Source of the DNA: Candidatus Gottesmanbacteria bacterium
GTDB lineage: Bacteria > Patescibacteriota > Microgenomatia > UBA10105 > UBA927
NCBI GenBank assembly: GCA_963714095.1
Contig: OY970230.1
Span: forward strand, 6,206 to 70,205
Reading direction: 5' to 3'
Length of the DNA stretch: 64,000 nucleotides
In this document: one piece after another, positions 26,350-37,821 of the stretch
Position numbering within the stretch: the first letter of the stretch is position 1
Layout: each line of letters begins with the position of its first letter
Made by a program: the position numbers and the translations under genes
The notes under the pieces: model-generated
Told to the model about the DNA's origin: nothing
Database searches by the model: none
The model's input: only the letters and a program-made list of their open reading frames with translations

Positions 26350-29307
26350 TTATTGTAGTATGTTCTTTAAAAATTGTCCCGTATAGGAGTGTTGAATTTT
26401 TGCAATATCCTGCGGCGTTCCCGTTCCGATGATCGATCCGCCCTTGTCTCCCCCGTCCGGCCCCAAATCGATAATCCAATCTGCATTTTTCACGACATCA
26501 AGATTATGTTCAATGACGATCACGGTATTTCCCATTTCGGTCAGGCGGTGGAGGACATGGAGTAATTTTTCCAAATCGGCAAAGTGGAGTCCCGTCGTGG
26601 GTTCATCCAGAATGTATACGGTTTTTCCTGTAGCTCTTCGCGATAGTTCCGTTGCAAGCTTCACGCGCTGCGCCTCTCCTCCCGAGAGTGTCGGGGCAGG
26701 CTGGCCTAAATGGATGTATCCCAAACCGACATCAACAATAGTTTTCAGTTTTTCCGCCAGACCCGGGTAGTGGGAAAAGAAGACAAGTGCCTCCTCGACG
26801 GTCATATCGAGAACCTGTGCGATATTTTTTTCATGATACAGTACCTCAAGCGTCTCTGCGTTGTATCTTTTTCCGTGGCAGACTTCACACGTGACGTAAA
26901 TGTCGGATAAAAACTGCATTTCAATTTTTTTCTGCCCTTCTCCTTCGCACGCCTCACACCTTCCGCCTCTGACGTTGAAGGAAAACCTCCCGGTTTTATA
27001 GCCACGTTGGCGTGATTCCGACGTCATTGCGAATATGTCGCGGATAACGGAAAATATCCCCGTATATGTGGCAGGGTTACTGCGGGGAGTGCGTCCTATA
27101 GGCGACTGGTCAATTAAAATAACCTTATCAACATTTTCTAAGCCCGTTATTTCTCTGTATGCACCCGGTTTATCCTTGGTAAACGGATAAAAGTGAGTGA
27201 GTAGTGCCCGGTACAGGGTTTCAACGATAAGTGTGGATTTGCCAGAGCCGGAGACGCCGGTGACGCAGATAAAATTTCCGAGAGGAAATTTTACGTCGAT
27301 GTGTTTGAGGTTATTTTGGCTCGCGTCGACGAGGGTCAGCGCGTCACGGTTGGTAAGACCGATTCGTTCCTGCCGCGGCCGAGAAATCGTCCGCTTACCG
27401 GTTAAAAACTGTCCGGTTATGGATGATTTCGTTGCTTTAATCTTATCTAACCCCCCCTGGGCAACGACGGCACCCCCGTGTTCTCCTGCTCCCGGACCGA
27501 AATCGACGATCCAGTCTGCTTCTTCCATGGTCTCCCTGTCGTGCTCCACGACTATAACCGTATTGCCGAGATCCCGAAGCATTTTGAGTGTATGGATAAG
27601 GGCAGAGTTATCTTTTTGATGCAGTCCGATGGAAGGCTCGTCCAATACATAGAGAACACCGGATAATCCCGATCCGATTTGCGACGCGAGCCGGATCCTC
27701 TGCGCTTCACCGCCGGACAGCGTCATCGCGGAGCGGCCGAGCGTCAGATAATCAAGTCCGACGGCATGAAGAAATGTGAGCCTCGCCTTGATTTCCTTCA
27801 CGATCGGTTCCGCAATCGTTTTTTCCGTATCACTCAATGTTTTTGTGAGGAGCATTGTTATCCATTCCAGACAATCGGTTATGGAAAGTGCCGTTACGTC
27901 CGCAATCGAGAAGCGGTCTATGGAGACCGTGAGTGATTCTTTTTTTAAACGTTTACCCGCACACATGGCACAGATTTCCTCGCGCATATATTTCTCTATT
28001 TCCGCCCGAACGAAATCCGATTCAGACTCCGTGTACCGCCGCTTGAGTTCCGCGACAATGCCGATATATTTTTCTTCAATTGCCGTGTTGTCCCCGAAAC
28101 GGTTTGTGCCCACGACACGGTAGAGCGCGTCGCCGGTGCCGTAGAGGAGTATATCCCGTTGCTTGGCGCTCATCAGTCGGAGCGGCGCCCGGGGGTTGAT
28201 GCCGAAACGTTCAGCCACCGTTGAAATAACGCGCGAAAACCATGTGTCGTGGAAAAACATCCGTGCGAAGGGTAAAATTCCTCCTTCTGTGATCGAGAGT
28301 TCCGGCCGTATCACAAGAAGCGGATCAACGGTGAGAATGGTGCCTATTCCGCTGCAGGTAGTGCATGCGCCTTGAGGCGAGTTAAATGAGAATGAACGCG
28401 GTTCTATTTCGGCAAGTGAGATATTATCGACCGGACAGGAAAATTTTTCTGAGTAAATATGATCGCGGATTTTTTTTGGTTTCTCCGGTATCGTAAATCC
28501 CGCATCCTGTATTTCTGCCACATTGACGATCCCTTCAGAGAGAGCTAATGCCTGGTCAACGGCATCGGTAAGCCTGCCGCGGATTGTTGAAAACATAACC
28601 GCGGCTTTTGCATCCGTATCATGACGTTCGATAGCCTTCAGTGTTGCCCGATCGAAGCTTATTTTATCAACAACAACGTCAATGGAATGTTTATTGGTTT
28701 TAATAAGTACAAGATCCTCATCTAAATGAAAAAAGTGCCGGTCAATTCGAGCCTCACGGTAGCCCTTCGCACGGAGATTTTCAAATAACCCGGTGAATTC
28801 CCCCTTCCGGTCACGGACAACCGGGGATAAAATCATAAACCGGTATTGGCGCGAGGTATGTTCTTTGAGCACGCGTGCAGCTTCTTTAAGAATTTGTTCC
28901 ACGATTTGCTGGCTCGATTGTTTACTGATTTCGCGTCCACAAATGGGACAATGCGGGTGGCCGATACGTGCATATAGAAGCCGCAGATAATCATATATTT
29001 CCGTCACAGTTCCGACGGTTGAGCGCGGGTTGTGGGAAGCGGATTTCTGGTCGATGGAAATAGACGGCGATAACCCCTCAATGCTGTCTACATCCGGTTT
29101 ATCCATGATGCCCAAGAATTGGCGGGCATACGAACTCAACGACTCAACATATCTTCGTTGTCCCTCGGCATAGATCGTATCGAACGCGAGCGACGATTTG
29201 CCCGAGCCTGAAAGTCCCGTAAAAACGATGAGCTTATTCTTCGGAAGCTCCAGATTGATATTCTTTAGGTTATGTTGTCGAGCACCTCTAATAATAAGTT
29301 TATCCAT
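26350..29307 (-). CDS. uvrA: Excinuclease ABC subunit A
   Basis: GARQHNLK; two Walker A motifs ([16 protein letters not shown]); LSGGEAQR twice; Zn fingers. Confidence 0.98.
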   Translation of the reverse strand: MDKLIIRGARQHNLKNINLELPKNKLIVFTGLSGSGKSSLAFDTIYAEGQRRYVESLSSYARQFLGIMDKPDVDSIEGLSPSISIDQKSASHNPRSTVGTVTEIYDYLRLLYARIGHPHCPICGREISKQSSQQIVEQILKEAARVLKEHTSRQYRFMILSPVVRDRKGEFTGLFENLRAKGYREARIDRHFFHLDEDLVLIKTNKHSIDVVVDKISFDRATLKAIERHDTDAKAAVMFSTIRGRLTDAVDQALALSEGIVNVAEIQDAGFTIPEKPKKIRDHIYSEKFSCPVDNISLAEIEPRSFSFNSPQGACTTCSGIGTILTVDPLLVIRPELSITEGGILPFARMFFHDTWFSRVISTVAERFGINPRAPLRLMSAKQRDILLYGTGDALYRVVGTNRFGDNTAIEEKYIGIVAELKRRYTESESDFVRAEIEKYMREEICAMCAGKRLKKESLTVSIDRFSIADVTALSITDCLEWITMLLTKTLSDTEKTIAEPIVKEIKARLTFLHAVGLDYLTLGRSAMTLSGGEAQRIRLASQIGSGLSGVLYVLDEPSIGLHQKDNSALIHTLKMLRDLGNTVIVVEHDRETMEEADWIVDFGPGAGEHGGAVVAQGGLDKIKATKSSITGQFLTGKRTISRPRQERIGLTNRDALTLVDASQNNLKHIDVKFPLGNFICVTGVSGSGKSTLIVETLYRALLTHFYPFTKDKPGAYREITGLENVDKVILIDQSPIGRTPRSNPATYTGIFSVIRDIFAMTSESRQRGYKTGRFSFNVRGGRCEACEGEGQKKIEMQFLSDIYVTCEVCHGKRYNAETLEVLYHEKNIAQVLDMTVEEALVFFSHYPGLAEKLKTIVDVGLGYIHLGQPAPTLSGGEAQRVKLATELSRRATGKTVYILDEPTTGLHFADLEKLLHVLHRLTEMGNTVIVIEHNLDVVKNADWIIDLGPDGGDKGGSIIGTGTPQDIAKIQHSYTGQFLKNILQ

Positions 29308-29371
29308 AAGAAGACCCCAAAATCGCCCTCGGATGTTCCCGGGGCTTTGCTATTATACACGATATTCCAGG

Positions 29372-31366
29372 TTATGAAAGACTGGCGATAAGATCCCTCA
29401 GTTGTGCGGCGAGCTCGAAGTTGAGGTCGCGCGAGGCTTCCCGCATCGCTTTTGTCAATTTCCCGATATACTTCTTTTTATCCATCGGCGTCATGGATTC
29501 AAGAGATTTTTCATCGGTTCCTAAGAGTTCTTTTGCCGTTGCTTCGCGTTTCTCGATTTCTTTTTCTACTAATCGTTCGCGGATAGGTTTGTGAATGCTT
29601 TCCGGCGTGATCTTGTGCGCTTTATTGTAGGCTTCCTGTGCTGTCCGTCGGCGTTTGACTTCGTCTAGGGCAGCAGCAATGGAATCCGTAATGGTATCGG
29701 CGTAAAGAATGACTTCGCCCGAAACGTGGCGGGCGGCCCGGCCCATGGTTTGGACGAGCGATGTGCGGCTCCGCAAAAATCCTTCCTTATCGGCATCAAG
29801 AATTGCAACCAGCGAAACTTCAGGCAGATCGAGTCCTTCACGAAGGAGGTTCACTCCCACGACGACGTCATATTTCCCGCCCCTCAGGTCGGCTAAAATA
29901 TCTGACCTCTCAAGAGTGAGTACGTCCGCATGAAGATAGTGGACGAGAATTCCCTTTTGCTCAAGAAACGCGGCAAGATCCTCTGCCATTTGTTTTGTGA
30001 GCGTGGTTACAAGTACGCGCTCCTTTTTGCTGACGCGGATTTTAATTTCCTTAAATAAATCGTCTATCTGTCCGGACACCGGCCTTACACTCACGATCGG
30101 GTCAAGTAAACCCGTTGGGCGCACAAGTTGTTCCACGACCCCATCGCGCCCGACCTGACCCAATTCCCAGTCGGCAGGGGTAGCCGAAACATAAATAGTC
30201 TCTGGCATCCCGCGCTGAAATTCGTCAAACCTGAGGGGTCGGTTATCAAGGGCAGCAGGAAGGCGGAACCCGTAATCGATAAGTGTTTGCTTGCGTGAGC
30301 GGTCGCCGTTGTACATGCCGCGGATTTGCGGGACGCTCATATGAGATTCATCGATAAAAAGTAACCAATCGTTACCCGCAGCTTCTTTAAAATAGTCCAT
30401 AAGCGAATACGGAGGCTGGCCGGGTTGCCTCCCGTCAAAATAGCGTGAGTAGTTTTCTATGCCGTTCACGTAGCCCATTTCGTTTATCATCTCCAGATCA
30501 TACGTCACTTTTTGTTCGATCCGTTGGGCTTCGATCAGTTTCCCCTCGGATTTAAATTTTTTAACCTGCGCGTGCATATCCGATTCGATTTCCTTAAATA
30601 CGCTTTTGTAGGTCGCCGGATTGGTCATGTAATGTTTGGCAGGATATATTACCGTGCCTGCTAATACCTGCAATTTTTTCCCGGTCAGCGGATCGATTTC
30701 CTCCAGTGAGGCAACACCCTGCTCATCCATAAGAATACGGATCGATGTATCCATATATGCCGGGAACAAATCAATCGAGTTGCCGCGGACACGGAATGTG
30801 CTTCGGTGAAAACCATAATCGTTGCGTTCATACTGGAGTTGCACCAGCCGTTCAAAAATAGACTCGCGGCTCACCTTCATACCGGGCTTCAGCTCCAGCA
30901 CAAAGTTACCGTATTCCTTGGGTGACCCGATGTTATAAATGCACGAAACGGACGCAACGATAATCGTATCCTTCCGGGTTAAAATATTCGTTGTCGCCGC
31001 AAGGCGTAATTTATCGATTTCCTCGTTTATTTCCGTTTCCTTTTCAATATAGGTGTCCGTGGTCGGGATATACGCCTCCGGCTGGTAATAATCGTAATAC
31101 GAAACAAAATATGAGACCGCGTTCTCCGGGAAAAAGTCACGGAATTCCTGATACAGCTGGGCTGCGAGTGTTTTGTTGTGGGAAATGATAAGGGTGGGTT
31201 TCTGAACGTTTTGTATTACATTGGCAAGCGTAAATGTTTTGCCGGACCCCGTTACCCCCAAAAGAACCTGCTCATGCCTATCAGCTTCAAGGTTTTTGAT
31301 AAGCATCTGAATGGCCTCGGGCTGGTCGCCGGTCGGTTTAAAATCAGAGGTAAGGTGAAACTTCAT
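29372..31366 (-). CDS. uvrB: Excinuclease ABC subunit B
   Basis: Motifs [33 protein letters not shown]; C-terminal UVR domain. Confidence 0.98.
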   Translation of the reverse strand: MKFHLTSDFKPTGDQPEAIQMLIKNLEADRHEQVLLGVTGSGKTFTLANVIQNVQKPTLIISHNKTLAAQLYQEFRDFFPENAVSYFVSYYDYYQPEAYIPTTDTYIEKETEINEEIDKLRLAATTNILTRKDTIIVASVSCIYNIGSPKEYGNFVLELKPGMKVSRESIFERLVQLQYERNDYGFHRSTFRVRGNSIDLFPAYMDTSIRILMDEQGVASLEEIDPLTGKKLQVLAGTVIYPAKHYMTNPATYKSVFKEIESDMHAQVKKFKSEGKLIEAQRIEQKVTYDLEMINEMGYVNGIENYSRYFDGRQPGQPPYSLMDYFKEAAGNDWLLFIDESHMSVPQIRGMYNGDRSRKQTLIDYGFRLPAALDNRPLRFDEFQRGMPETIYVSATPADWELGQVGRDGVVEQLVRPTGLLDPIVSVRPVSGQIDDLFKEIKIRVSKKERVLVTTLTKQMAEDLAAFLEQKGILVHYLHADVLTLERSDILADLRGGKYDVVVGVNLLREGLDLPEVSLVAILDADKEGFLRSRTSLVQTMGRAARHVSGEVILYADTITDSIAAALDEVKRRRTAQEAYNKAHKITPESIHKPIRERLVEKEIEKREATAKELLGTDEKSLESMTPMDKKKYIGKLTKAMREASRDLNFELAAQLRDLIASLS

Positions 31367-31449
31367 ATTCGGTTAAACTTCTATTTTGATACACTTTTAT
31401 CCGTATTATACACCTTGACAGTTCGGGTAAATTTTGGGATAGTGTATAT

Positions 31450-32073
31450 ATGCCTGCAACATTATACATCCGTGAACGCCAGCTTCTTGAGTTTATCACA
31501 CAATTTATCCAGAGGTACGGATATGCGCCGACCCTTAAGGAAATAGGTGACGCGCTCGGTATGGGTTCCCCTGCCACCGTTCATGAACACGTGGACCGTC
31601 TCCGCCAAAAAGGGTTTATCCGCAAGTTAGACGGAACCGCACGTGGTCTTGAGGTAGTGGAATCCTACGCAAGGGCTGCAACCGGCAAGTCGGCAATTGA
31701 ACTGCCCGTGTTGGGATTTATTGCGGCCGGTTCCCCGCTTGAGCCCTATACTGATCCGAATTATTATATTTCCGTTGCGCCGAATATGGTGTCGGGTGCA
31801 AAGCCGAGCTATGTCCTGCAGGTGAAAGGCACATCGATGATCGATGACGGCATCATGGATGGTGATTTTGTTGTTGTGCAACACCAGCAGGATGCCAAAA
31901 ACGGTGATATCGTCGTAGCGCTTCTCCCCAATGGTTTTGCGACACTGAAGCGTATTTATTTTGAAAAAGAGCGCATTAAACTTATGCCGGCAAATGCCAC
32001 CATGTCTCCAATATTTACGACGCACGTGAAGATTCAGGGGAAAGTCGTGGGGCTTATACGGAAGTTCGTCTGA
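31450..32073 (+). CDS. lexA: SOS repressor LexA
   Basis: wHTH (GYAPTLKEIG); cleavage site IAAG; catalytic Ser (GTSM) and Lys (ATLK). Confidence 0.96.
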   Translation: MPATLYIRERQLLEFITQFIQRYGYAPTLKEIGDALGMGSPATVHEHVDRLRQKGFIRKLDGTARGLEVVESYARAATGKSAIELPVLGFIAAGSPLEPYTDPNYYISVAPNMVSGAKPSYVLQVKGTSMIDDGIMDGDFVVVQHQQDAKNGDIVVALLPNGFATLKRIYFEKERIKLMPANATMSPIFTTHVKIQGKVVGLIRKFV

Positions 32074-32680
32074 AGTGTTTCAGTTTGTGCCACACATACC
32101 AAACGACAACCGCGACTACTGCGACTACGATAATAACATCAAATTTTCTGAAATATACCTCAAGAGATTTCCAGTTGTTTCCCAGAACTACCCCGATTTC
32201 GGTTAACACCGCGGTCCAGATAAAGCAGCCGACGACCGTATAAGTAATAAATTTCTTCAGCTTCATTTTTGCAACTCCCGCAGGAAGCGATATAAAAGTG
32301 CGAAGAACCGGCAGTATGCGTGAGGCAAACACCATCAGTTCCCCGTGATTTCTGAACCACCGCTCTGACCGGTCATATTCGTGTTCGGAGATCAAAAGAT
32401 ATTTTCCGTATTTTATTATAACTTTCCGTACGACCGCCTCCTGTCCCCATGCCCCCAACCAATACGATAACAGTGACCCCGTCAGATTTCCCAGTGTTCC
32501 CACAATGACGAGAAACCAGAAATTAAACTGGCCTGAGGCAATAAGCGAGCCGGAGAACGGCATTGTGACCTCGGACGGGATGGGAATACATGCGCTCTCC
32601 ATGGTCATGAGGATGAATACCCCGAAATATCCGAGGGCACCAATAAAGTGTATAATCCAGGAGCCAACAAGTTCAACCAT
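32054..32680 (-). CDS. DedA family membrane protein
   Basis: Motifs ESACIPIPSE, GSLLSYWLG, RILPVLRTFISLPAG. Confidence 0.93.
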   Translation of the reverse strand: MVELVGSWIIHFIGALGYFGVFILMTMESACIPIPSEVTMPFSGSLIASGQFNFWFLVIVGTLGNLTGSLLSYWLGAWGQEAVVRKVIIKYGKYLLISEHEYDRSERWFRNHGELMVFASRILPVLRTFISLPAGVAKMKLKKFITYTVVGCFIWTAVLTEIGVVLGNNWKSLEVYFRKFDVIIVVAVVAVVVWYVWHKLKHFRRTSV

Positions 32681-32691
32681 TGGTCTATTAT

Positions 32692-33357
32692 ATGGGAAAC
32701 CTCTATATCGTATCAACACCCATCGGAAATCTGGATGATATCACCATCCGCGCGGTGAAGATTTTAACATCCGTTGATCTCGTTTTATGCGAGGATACCA
32801 GACACACAGGGTTGTTATTTCAGAAATTGAACATCCAGAAAAAATTAATGCCGTATTACGATGAAATCGAGGATAAAAAAATACCGGAGATTATTGACCT
32901 CCTGGAACAGGGGAAAAATATTGCATTGGTTTCAGATGCAGGGACACCGCTTGTCTCCGATCCTGGTTTTCGTTTGGTACGGGAGTCGATTAGGCGCGCG
33001 ATTAAAGTAGAAAGTATCCCCGGCCCGTCAGCAGTCGTAGCAGCGCTTGCCAGTTCCGGTTTGCCGCCTGATAAATTCATCTTTTTAGGGTATCCGCCGG
33101 AAAAGCAATCGTCGCGTCTCGAATTATTTAGAAAATTATCGCCGAATATTACAACCATTTTCTACTGTGCCCCGCATAAACTTGTGCTGACGCTTGACGA
33201 TCTTAAATCCGAGCTAGGTGATATAGATATTGTCATTGCACGCGAGTTAACGAAGATTCATGAGGAGATATGGCGAGGAAGTATTACGAACGCACAAAAT
33301 TATTTTAAAGACCCAAAAGGTGAATTTGTGGTGCTATTTAATATTCTTCAAGCGTAG
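32692..33357 (+). CDS. rsmI: 16S rRNA C1402 2'-O-methyltransferase
   Basis: Motifs LYIVSTPIGNLDDIT, CEDTR, SDAGTPLVSDPG, ARELTKIHEE. Confidence 0.95.
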   Translation: MGNLYIVSTPIGNLDDITIRAVKILTSVDLVLCEDTRHTGLLFQKLNIQKKLMPYYDEIEDKKIPEIIDLLEQGKNIALVSDAGTPLVSDPGFRLVRESIRRAIKVESIPGPSAVVAALASSGLPPDKFIFLGYPPEKQSSRLELFRKLSPNITTIFYCAPHKLVLTLDDLKSELGDIDIVIARELTKIHEEIWRGSITNAQNYFKDPKGEFVVLFNILQA

Positions 33358-35047
33358 AGGTATCCCCAACCGGCAGGCCCATTTCTTTAGCTTTTAGGAT
33401 CCTACGCATGATTTTACCGGACCGGGTTTTGGGGAGTTTATCAATAAATTCGATCTCGCGCGGGTATGCGTGTCCGGCCAAGTGTTTTTTTACGAATTCT
33501 GATAATTCTTTTTTCAACGCTTCAGTGGGTTTTGCGTTTGGTTGAAGGACGACGAATGCCTTAATTATTTCTCCTCGCAGCGGGTCAGGTTTGCCGATGA
33601 CACCTGCTTCTACGACCGCAGGATGCGCGACAAGCGCTGATTCCACTTCAAACGGTCCGACCCGTTCTCCGGACGTTTTAATAACGTCATCGGCTCTCCC
33701 TATAAACCAAAAATACCCTGTTGCGTCTTTCCATCCCCGGTCACCCGATATATACCAGCCGTTGACGAAATAACTTTTGTATTTTTGAGGGCGACGCCAG
33801 ATGGTTTTCATCATGGACGGCCATTTTGGTTTTATCGCTATATTACCTTCCGTATTTATATTTACTTCATGACCGTCATCATCAACAATTGCAGCCGTGA
33901 GGCCGGGGATTGGTTTCCCCATAGACCCTATTTTAATATCCATGCAGGGATAGTTGGCAATACAGATGGCGCCGGTTTCCGTTTGCCACCAGGTATCGTG
34001 GAACGGCATCCCGAACGCTTTTATTCCCCATGTAATGGCTTCAGGGTTCAGTGGTTCGCCGACAGATCCCATATGACGGAGGTTCGTGAGATCAAATTGT
34101 TTAACCAGCGTGCTGCCGGCGGCCATCAGCATGCGGATTGCGGTTGGTGCCGTATACCAGACGGTGATTTTATATTTAGCCAGTAACCCGTACCAGCGTT
34201 TCGGATCAAATCGGCCGGCATACACCAGTGCCGCAACACCATTGCTCCAGCTTCCGAGTATTTCATACGCGATACCGGTTACCCACCCGGGGTCGGCCGT
34301 GCACCAGTAGGTATCATCATCCCGGAGGTCCAGTACCCATTTTCCCGTAATGTGTTCCTGAATGATTGCCCGGTGTGCATGCATAACGCCTTTGGGTTTG
34401 CCGGTCGTCCCGGACGTATAGAGCATAAATGCGTAGTCGTCCGGGTCCAGCTGTACGCCACGAAGCTCGTCACTGGCGTGTTCGACGCTTTTAGCAAACG
34501 ACGGTTCATCAACAATAAGAATGTGTTTTAGTGCCGGCAACTTGCTGCGGATTTTATCAACGCGGGGTTTCAGCTCGCGGGTCGTTATAAGAATTTTTGC
34601 TTCGCTGTTGCCGAGCCTGTCCGCAAGCGCCTGTTCCTGGAACGCGCTGAACATCGTGCCTGCGATTGCCCCGATTTTAAGAATTCCCAAAAAACAAAAA
34701 TAGAGTTCCGGAATCCGCGGTAAAAATAAAAATACACGGTCCCCCCGCGCTACATCAAAATCCTTCAGGATATTCCCGATCTTATTGGATAAAAGTGAAA
34801 GTTCTTCAAAGGTATATTTTTTTTCATTTCCTGCCTCATCCTCCCAGTAGAGCGCCACCTTATTTTTTCTCCACGTGTGCGTATGGCGGTCTACGGCGTT
34901 ATAGGCGGCATTCAGTTTTCCGTCAAACCAGTCGATATCTCCGCGTGCTTTTGTCCATGTAAACTCGCGCGCCGCACGCTCGTAATCCTCCAGATTCGGG
35001 GGGAATTTCCAGTCCTTGGCAGTTTTTTTGTATACATCTACCTTCAT
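33338..35047 (-). CDS. acsA: Acetate--CoA ligase (AMP-forming)
   Basis: Motifs YTSGTTGKPKG, WCTADPGWVTG, DTWWQTETG, PKTRSGKIMRR. Confidence 0.93.
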   Translation of the reverse strand: MKVDVYKKTAKDWKFPPNLEDYERAAREFTWTKARGDIDWFDGKLNAAYNAVDRHTHTWRKNKVALYWEDEAGNEKKYTFEELSLLSNKIGNILKDFDVARGDRVFLFLPRIPELYFCFLGILKIGAIAGTMFSAFQEQALADRLGNSEAKILITTRELKPRVDKIRSKLPALKHILIVDEPSFAKSVEHASDELRGVQLDPDDYAFMLYTSGTTGKPKGVMHAHRAIIQEHITGKWVLDLRDDDTYWCTADPGWVTGIAYEILGSWSNGVAALVYAGRFDPKRWYGLLAKYKITVWYTAPTAIRMLMAAGSTLVKQFDLTNLRHMGSVGEPLNPEAITWGIKAFGMPFHDTWWQTETGAICIANYPCMDIKIGSMGKPIPGLTAAIVDDDGHEVNINTEGNIAIKPKWPSMMKTIWRRPQKYKSYFVNGWYISGDRGWKDATGYFWFIGRADDVIKTSGERVGPFEVESALVAHPAVVEAGVIGKPDPLRGEIIKAFVVLQPNAKPTEALKKELSEFVKKHLAGHAYPREIEFIDKLPKTRSGKIMRRILKAKEMGLPVGDTSTLEEY

Positions 35048-36162
35048 GCGGCTTGTTTATCCTCGCGCTTCACGAACTGCGCATCCAGGCGTTTCAGGTT
35101 TTCCATGACGCCCGTATATTCCATCTCATCGGACGGACCCATGGCCGGATTAAAAAATCCCTGTGCGCGGATATCAAGCGTCTTGAGGGACGCTTTTTCC
35201 CGGATGACATCCCAGAATGGCTGGTCAAAGTAATCAACTGCCTCCGTCAATTTTCCTTCATGCACGCAGTACCCGGCAGCCGACATAATGGTCGGTCCGT
35301 CAAAGAATGAAATAATACTGTTTTGTTTAACCGGCATAACGGCCACGTGATGTGATCCGCGGTTGTCCCCCAGCTGGATGTGGGCAAGCGCCCACGGCGA
35401 GAGAATTTCTCCTGTTGACGGAAATTGTTTCTGTGTCCGCACAATAGCAACCGGATCATCTTTCCCCACGTATTTGCCTGCAATATTATGTAAACGACTG
35501 GTTGATGCAACGGCGGCAATAAGACCCGTTGCGTTTTCCGTTACGCTTTCCACAATATACCGGTTCGGATCGCGGAGTAATGTCGCGATATCGTAGTAAT
35601 CGCATGGCACTTTCAATGTGATAACCTTATCATGCTCCGTGTGGTTAACGTCCATGATTGTATAGGTAAATCCAGCACGCATTTCCGGCGCCAGCAGTAG
35701 TCCTGCGTTATGATACGGATCTGCAAAACAGCTGAAGAGCGGATAGTTAAAAACACCCGGTCCGCATTTGTCGCCGGCAAACACCACGAAAGGTTCAGCC
35801 TGCCGTTCTTCAATTTCCATCTCAGCCGATCCCGGCCCCATACCGCGGACGTTTCCCGAAAATGCGTCTTTTAACAAATCCTGGCCAGCGCCGTATAAAC
35901 CCTGGCTTTTGGCAATTTTTGTTGTTTCGACAAACGTATCCCATGCGAATTTATGGACATCCGAATTATCCGTGCCGCGCGCATGGATCATAAGGAGAGC
36001 AATGTCGTCACCTGTAAAGGTTACACGGGCATCGGAAAGAAGTCCGCTTGTTATTGCACCCGCGACACGTTCTTTGGCTTTTTCAACCATTGCGTTGCTC
36101 GGTCGGTTGTGACCGCCGACTGATCCGGTGTCTGCCTTGATGATAGAAATTGTGGTTTTCAT
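35044..36162 (-). CDS. fbp: Bifunctional fructose-1,6-bisphosphate aldolase/phosphatase (class V FBPase, archaeal type)
   Basis: Motifs SIIKADTGSVGGH, GDDI, GLYGAGQDLLKDAFSGNVRGMGPG, HNIAGKYVGKDDP, RGSH, EYT. Confidence 0.95.
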   Translation of the reverse strand: MKTTISIIKADTGSVGGHNRPSNAMVEKAKERVAGAITSGLLSDARVTFTGDDIALLMIHARGTDNSDVHKFAWDTFVETTKIAKSQGLYGAGQDLLKDAFSGNVRGMGPGSAEMEIEERQAEPFVVFAGDKCGPGVFNYPLFSCFADPYHNAGLLLAPEMRAGFTYTIMDVNHTEHDKVITLKVPCDYYDIATLLRDPNRYIVESVTENATGLIAAVASTSRLHNIAGKYVGKDDPVAIVRTQKQFPSTGEILSPWALAHIQLGDNRGSHHVAVMPVKQNSIISFFDGPTIMSAAGYCVHEGKLTEAVDYFDQPFWDVIREKASLKTLDIRAQGFFNPAMGPSDEMEYTGVMENLKRLDAQFVKREDKQAA

Positions 36163-36172
36163 AGAGTCTCCT

Positions 36173-37810
36173 TTATATCGGTAAATCTGCCAGCAGATTT
36201 TTTCCCGTCATCACCGCTGGTATGGGAAGATTACGAAACGCAAGAATTGTCGGGGCAATATCCCCGAGTTTTCCTTTCGGAAGAGCATGAGGTATTCTGG
36301 ATAAATTTTGATCAATCATGATAAACGGAACCGGATATGTTGAATGCTCTGTGTCCATCTCACCGTTGGGGCCAAGCATCTCTTCTACGTTACCATGGTC
36401 TCCGGTAATGACGCAAGTGCCGCCGAACGACAGAATTGACGAAACGATCATCCCCACACAGGAATCAGTTGTCTCACACGCCCGAATAGCCGCAGGAATA
36501 TTGCCGGTGTGCCCGACCATATCAGGATTGGCAAAGTTTACGAGAATAAATGAATAAATACCCAGGGAAATCCTGTCGACAAGGCGGCTCGTCAGCTCAG
36601 GTGCGGACATTTCCGGTTTTAAATCATAGGTTGAAACTTTCGGCGATGGGACGATGAGCCGATCTTCCCCGGGAAATGCAGCCTCTTTGAGCCCGTTAAA
36701 ATAATAGGTGACAAACCGTTCTTTTTCCGTTTCTGCCGCGTGAAGTTGACGGAGGCGTAGTGACGAAAAAACCGAAGCAAGCGGTTCCAAAATCGGTTCA
36801 GGCGGATATGCAACGATGCAGGGAAGATCCCGTTCATATTCCGTCATCGTGACAACATAGATATTGGGAACTAGAACTGTACGTTTAAAGGGCTGACTGC
36901 GGCTATCGGTTTCGACAATATGTTTATGAAAATATTTCACGGCGTACGGGTCGAATGAAACAGTAGCGCCCTTTTCTTCGAAATCCGGCAGCACGAGTGC
37001 GCGTGTCAGTTGCCTCGGGCGGTCGATACGGTAATTATAAAATATTACAGCGTCGTGGTTGCCTATCCGGGGGAGTATAGCCCCGGATTCATCGGTGATT
37101 ATCGTCGGCTCAACGAATTCGTCCGTTTTGCCTTCTTTGTATGATGCTTCTATGGCAGCAAGCGCTGATGGCGCCCTGCGTTCAATGGGCTGGGTAAGAG
37201 CACAATATGCCTTTTCCGTGCGTTCCCACCGGTTGTCGCGGTCCATACTGTAGTACCTTCCCATAATCGTTGCAATTTTTCCGATTCCTAGCGTGTTGCA
37301 TTTTGCTTCGACTTCTGCAAGAAACCGTTTACCTGCAGTCGGGGAGGAATCACGGCCGTCGGTAAACAGATGTAAATAGACAGGAGACTGTGCCCCTTGT
37401 TGCTTCATAAGGATCAGGAGTGCATAGAGATGTTCACGGCTAGCGTGAACGCCTGAATCGCTCAAAAGCCCCATGAGGTGAATATTCGAATGGTGTTGTG
37501 CGGCGTAGCGGATAGCTCCTAGAAAGGCCTCATTTTTAAAAAATGAGCCGTCGCTTATGGCCATGTTGATTCTCGGTAGATCCTGATAGACGACACGGCC
37601 GGCTCCGATATTCATGTGCCCCGTCTCTGTATTGCCGTCTTCCCCGTCAGGTAACCCGACGGGAGTACCGGACGCGGCAAGTTCTGTGTGCGGATAATTA
37701 TTCCAGTAACTCGGAATTTTTTTCAGTTTTGAAAGTGAAATGGCGTTGCCGGGCCCAGGCGGAGCAATACCCCACCCGTCAAGTACGATAAGCGCTATAG
37801 GTTTTATCAT
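36173..37810 (-). CDS. gpmI: 2,3-BPG-independent phosphoglycerate mutase
   Basis: Motifs LDGWG, GNTETGH, FTDGRD, AETEK, NPDMVGHTG, GDHGN. Confidence 0.95.
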   Translation of the reverse strand: MIKPIALIVLDGWGIAPPGPGNAISLSKLKKIPSYWNNYPHTELAASGTPVGLPDGEDGNTETGHMNIGAGRVVYQDLPRINMAISDGSFFKNEAFLGAIRYAAQHHSNIHLMGLLSDSGVHASREHLYALLILMKQQGAQSPVYLHLFTDGRDSSPTAGKRFLAEVEAKCNTLGIGKIATIMGRYYSMDRDNRWERTEKAYCALTQPIERRAPSALAAIEASYKEGKTDEFVEPTIITDESGAILPRIGNHDAVIFYNYRIDRPRQLTRALVLPDFEEKGATVSFDPYAVKYFHKHIVETDSRSQPFKRTVLVPNIYVVTMTEYERDLPCIVAYPPEPILEPLASVFSSLRLRQLHAAETEKERFVTYYFNGLKEAAFPGEDRLIVPSPKVSTYDLKPEMSAPELTSRLVDRISLGIYSFILVNFANPDMVGHTGNIPAAIRACETTDSCVGMIVSSILSFGGTCVITGDHGNVEEMLGPNGEMDTEHSTYPVPFIMIDQNLSRIPHALPKGKLGDIAPTILAFRNLPIPAVMTGKNLLADLPI

Positions 37811-37821
37811 GGCTGATTACT

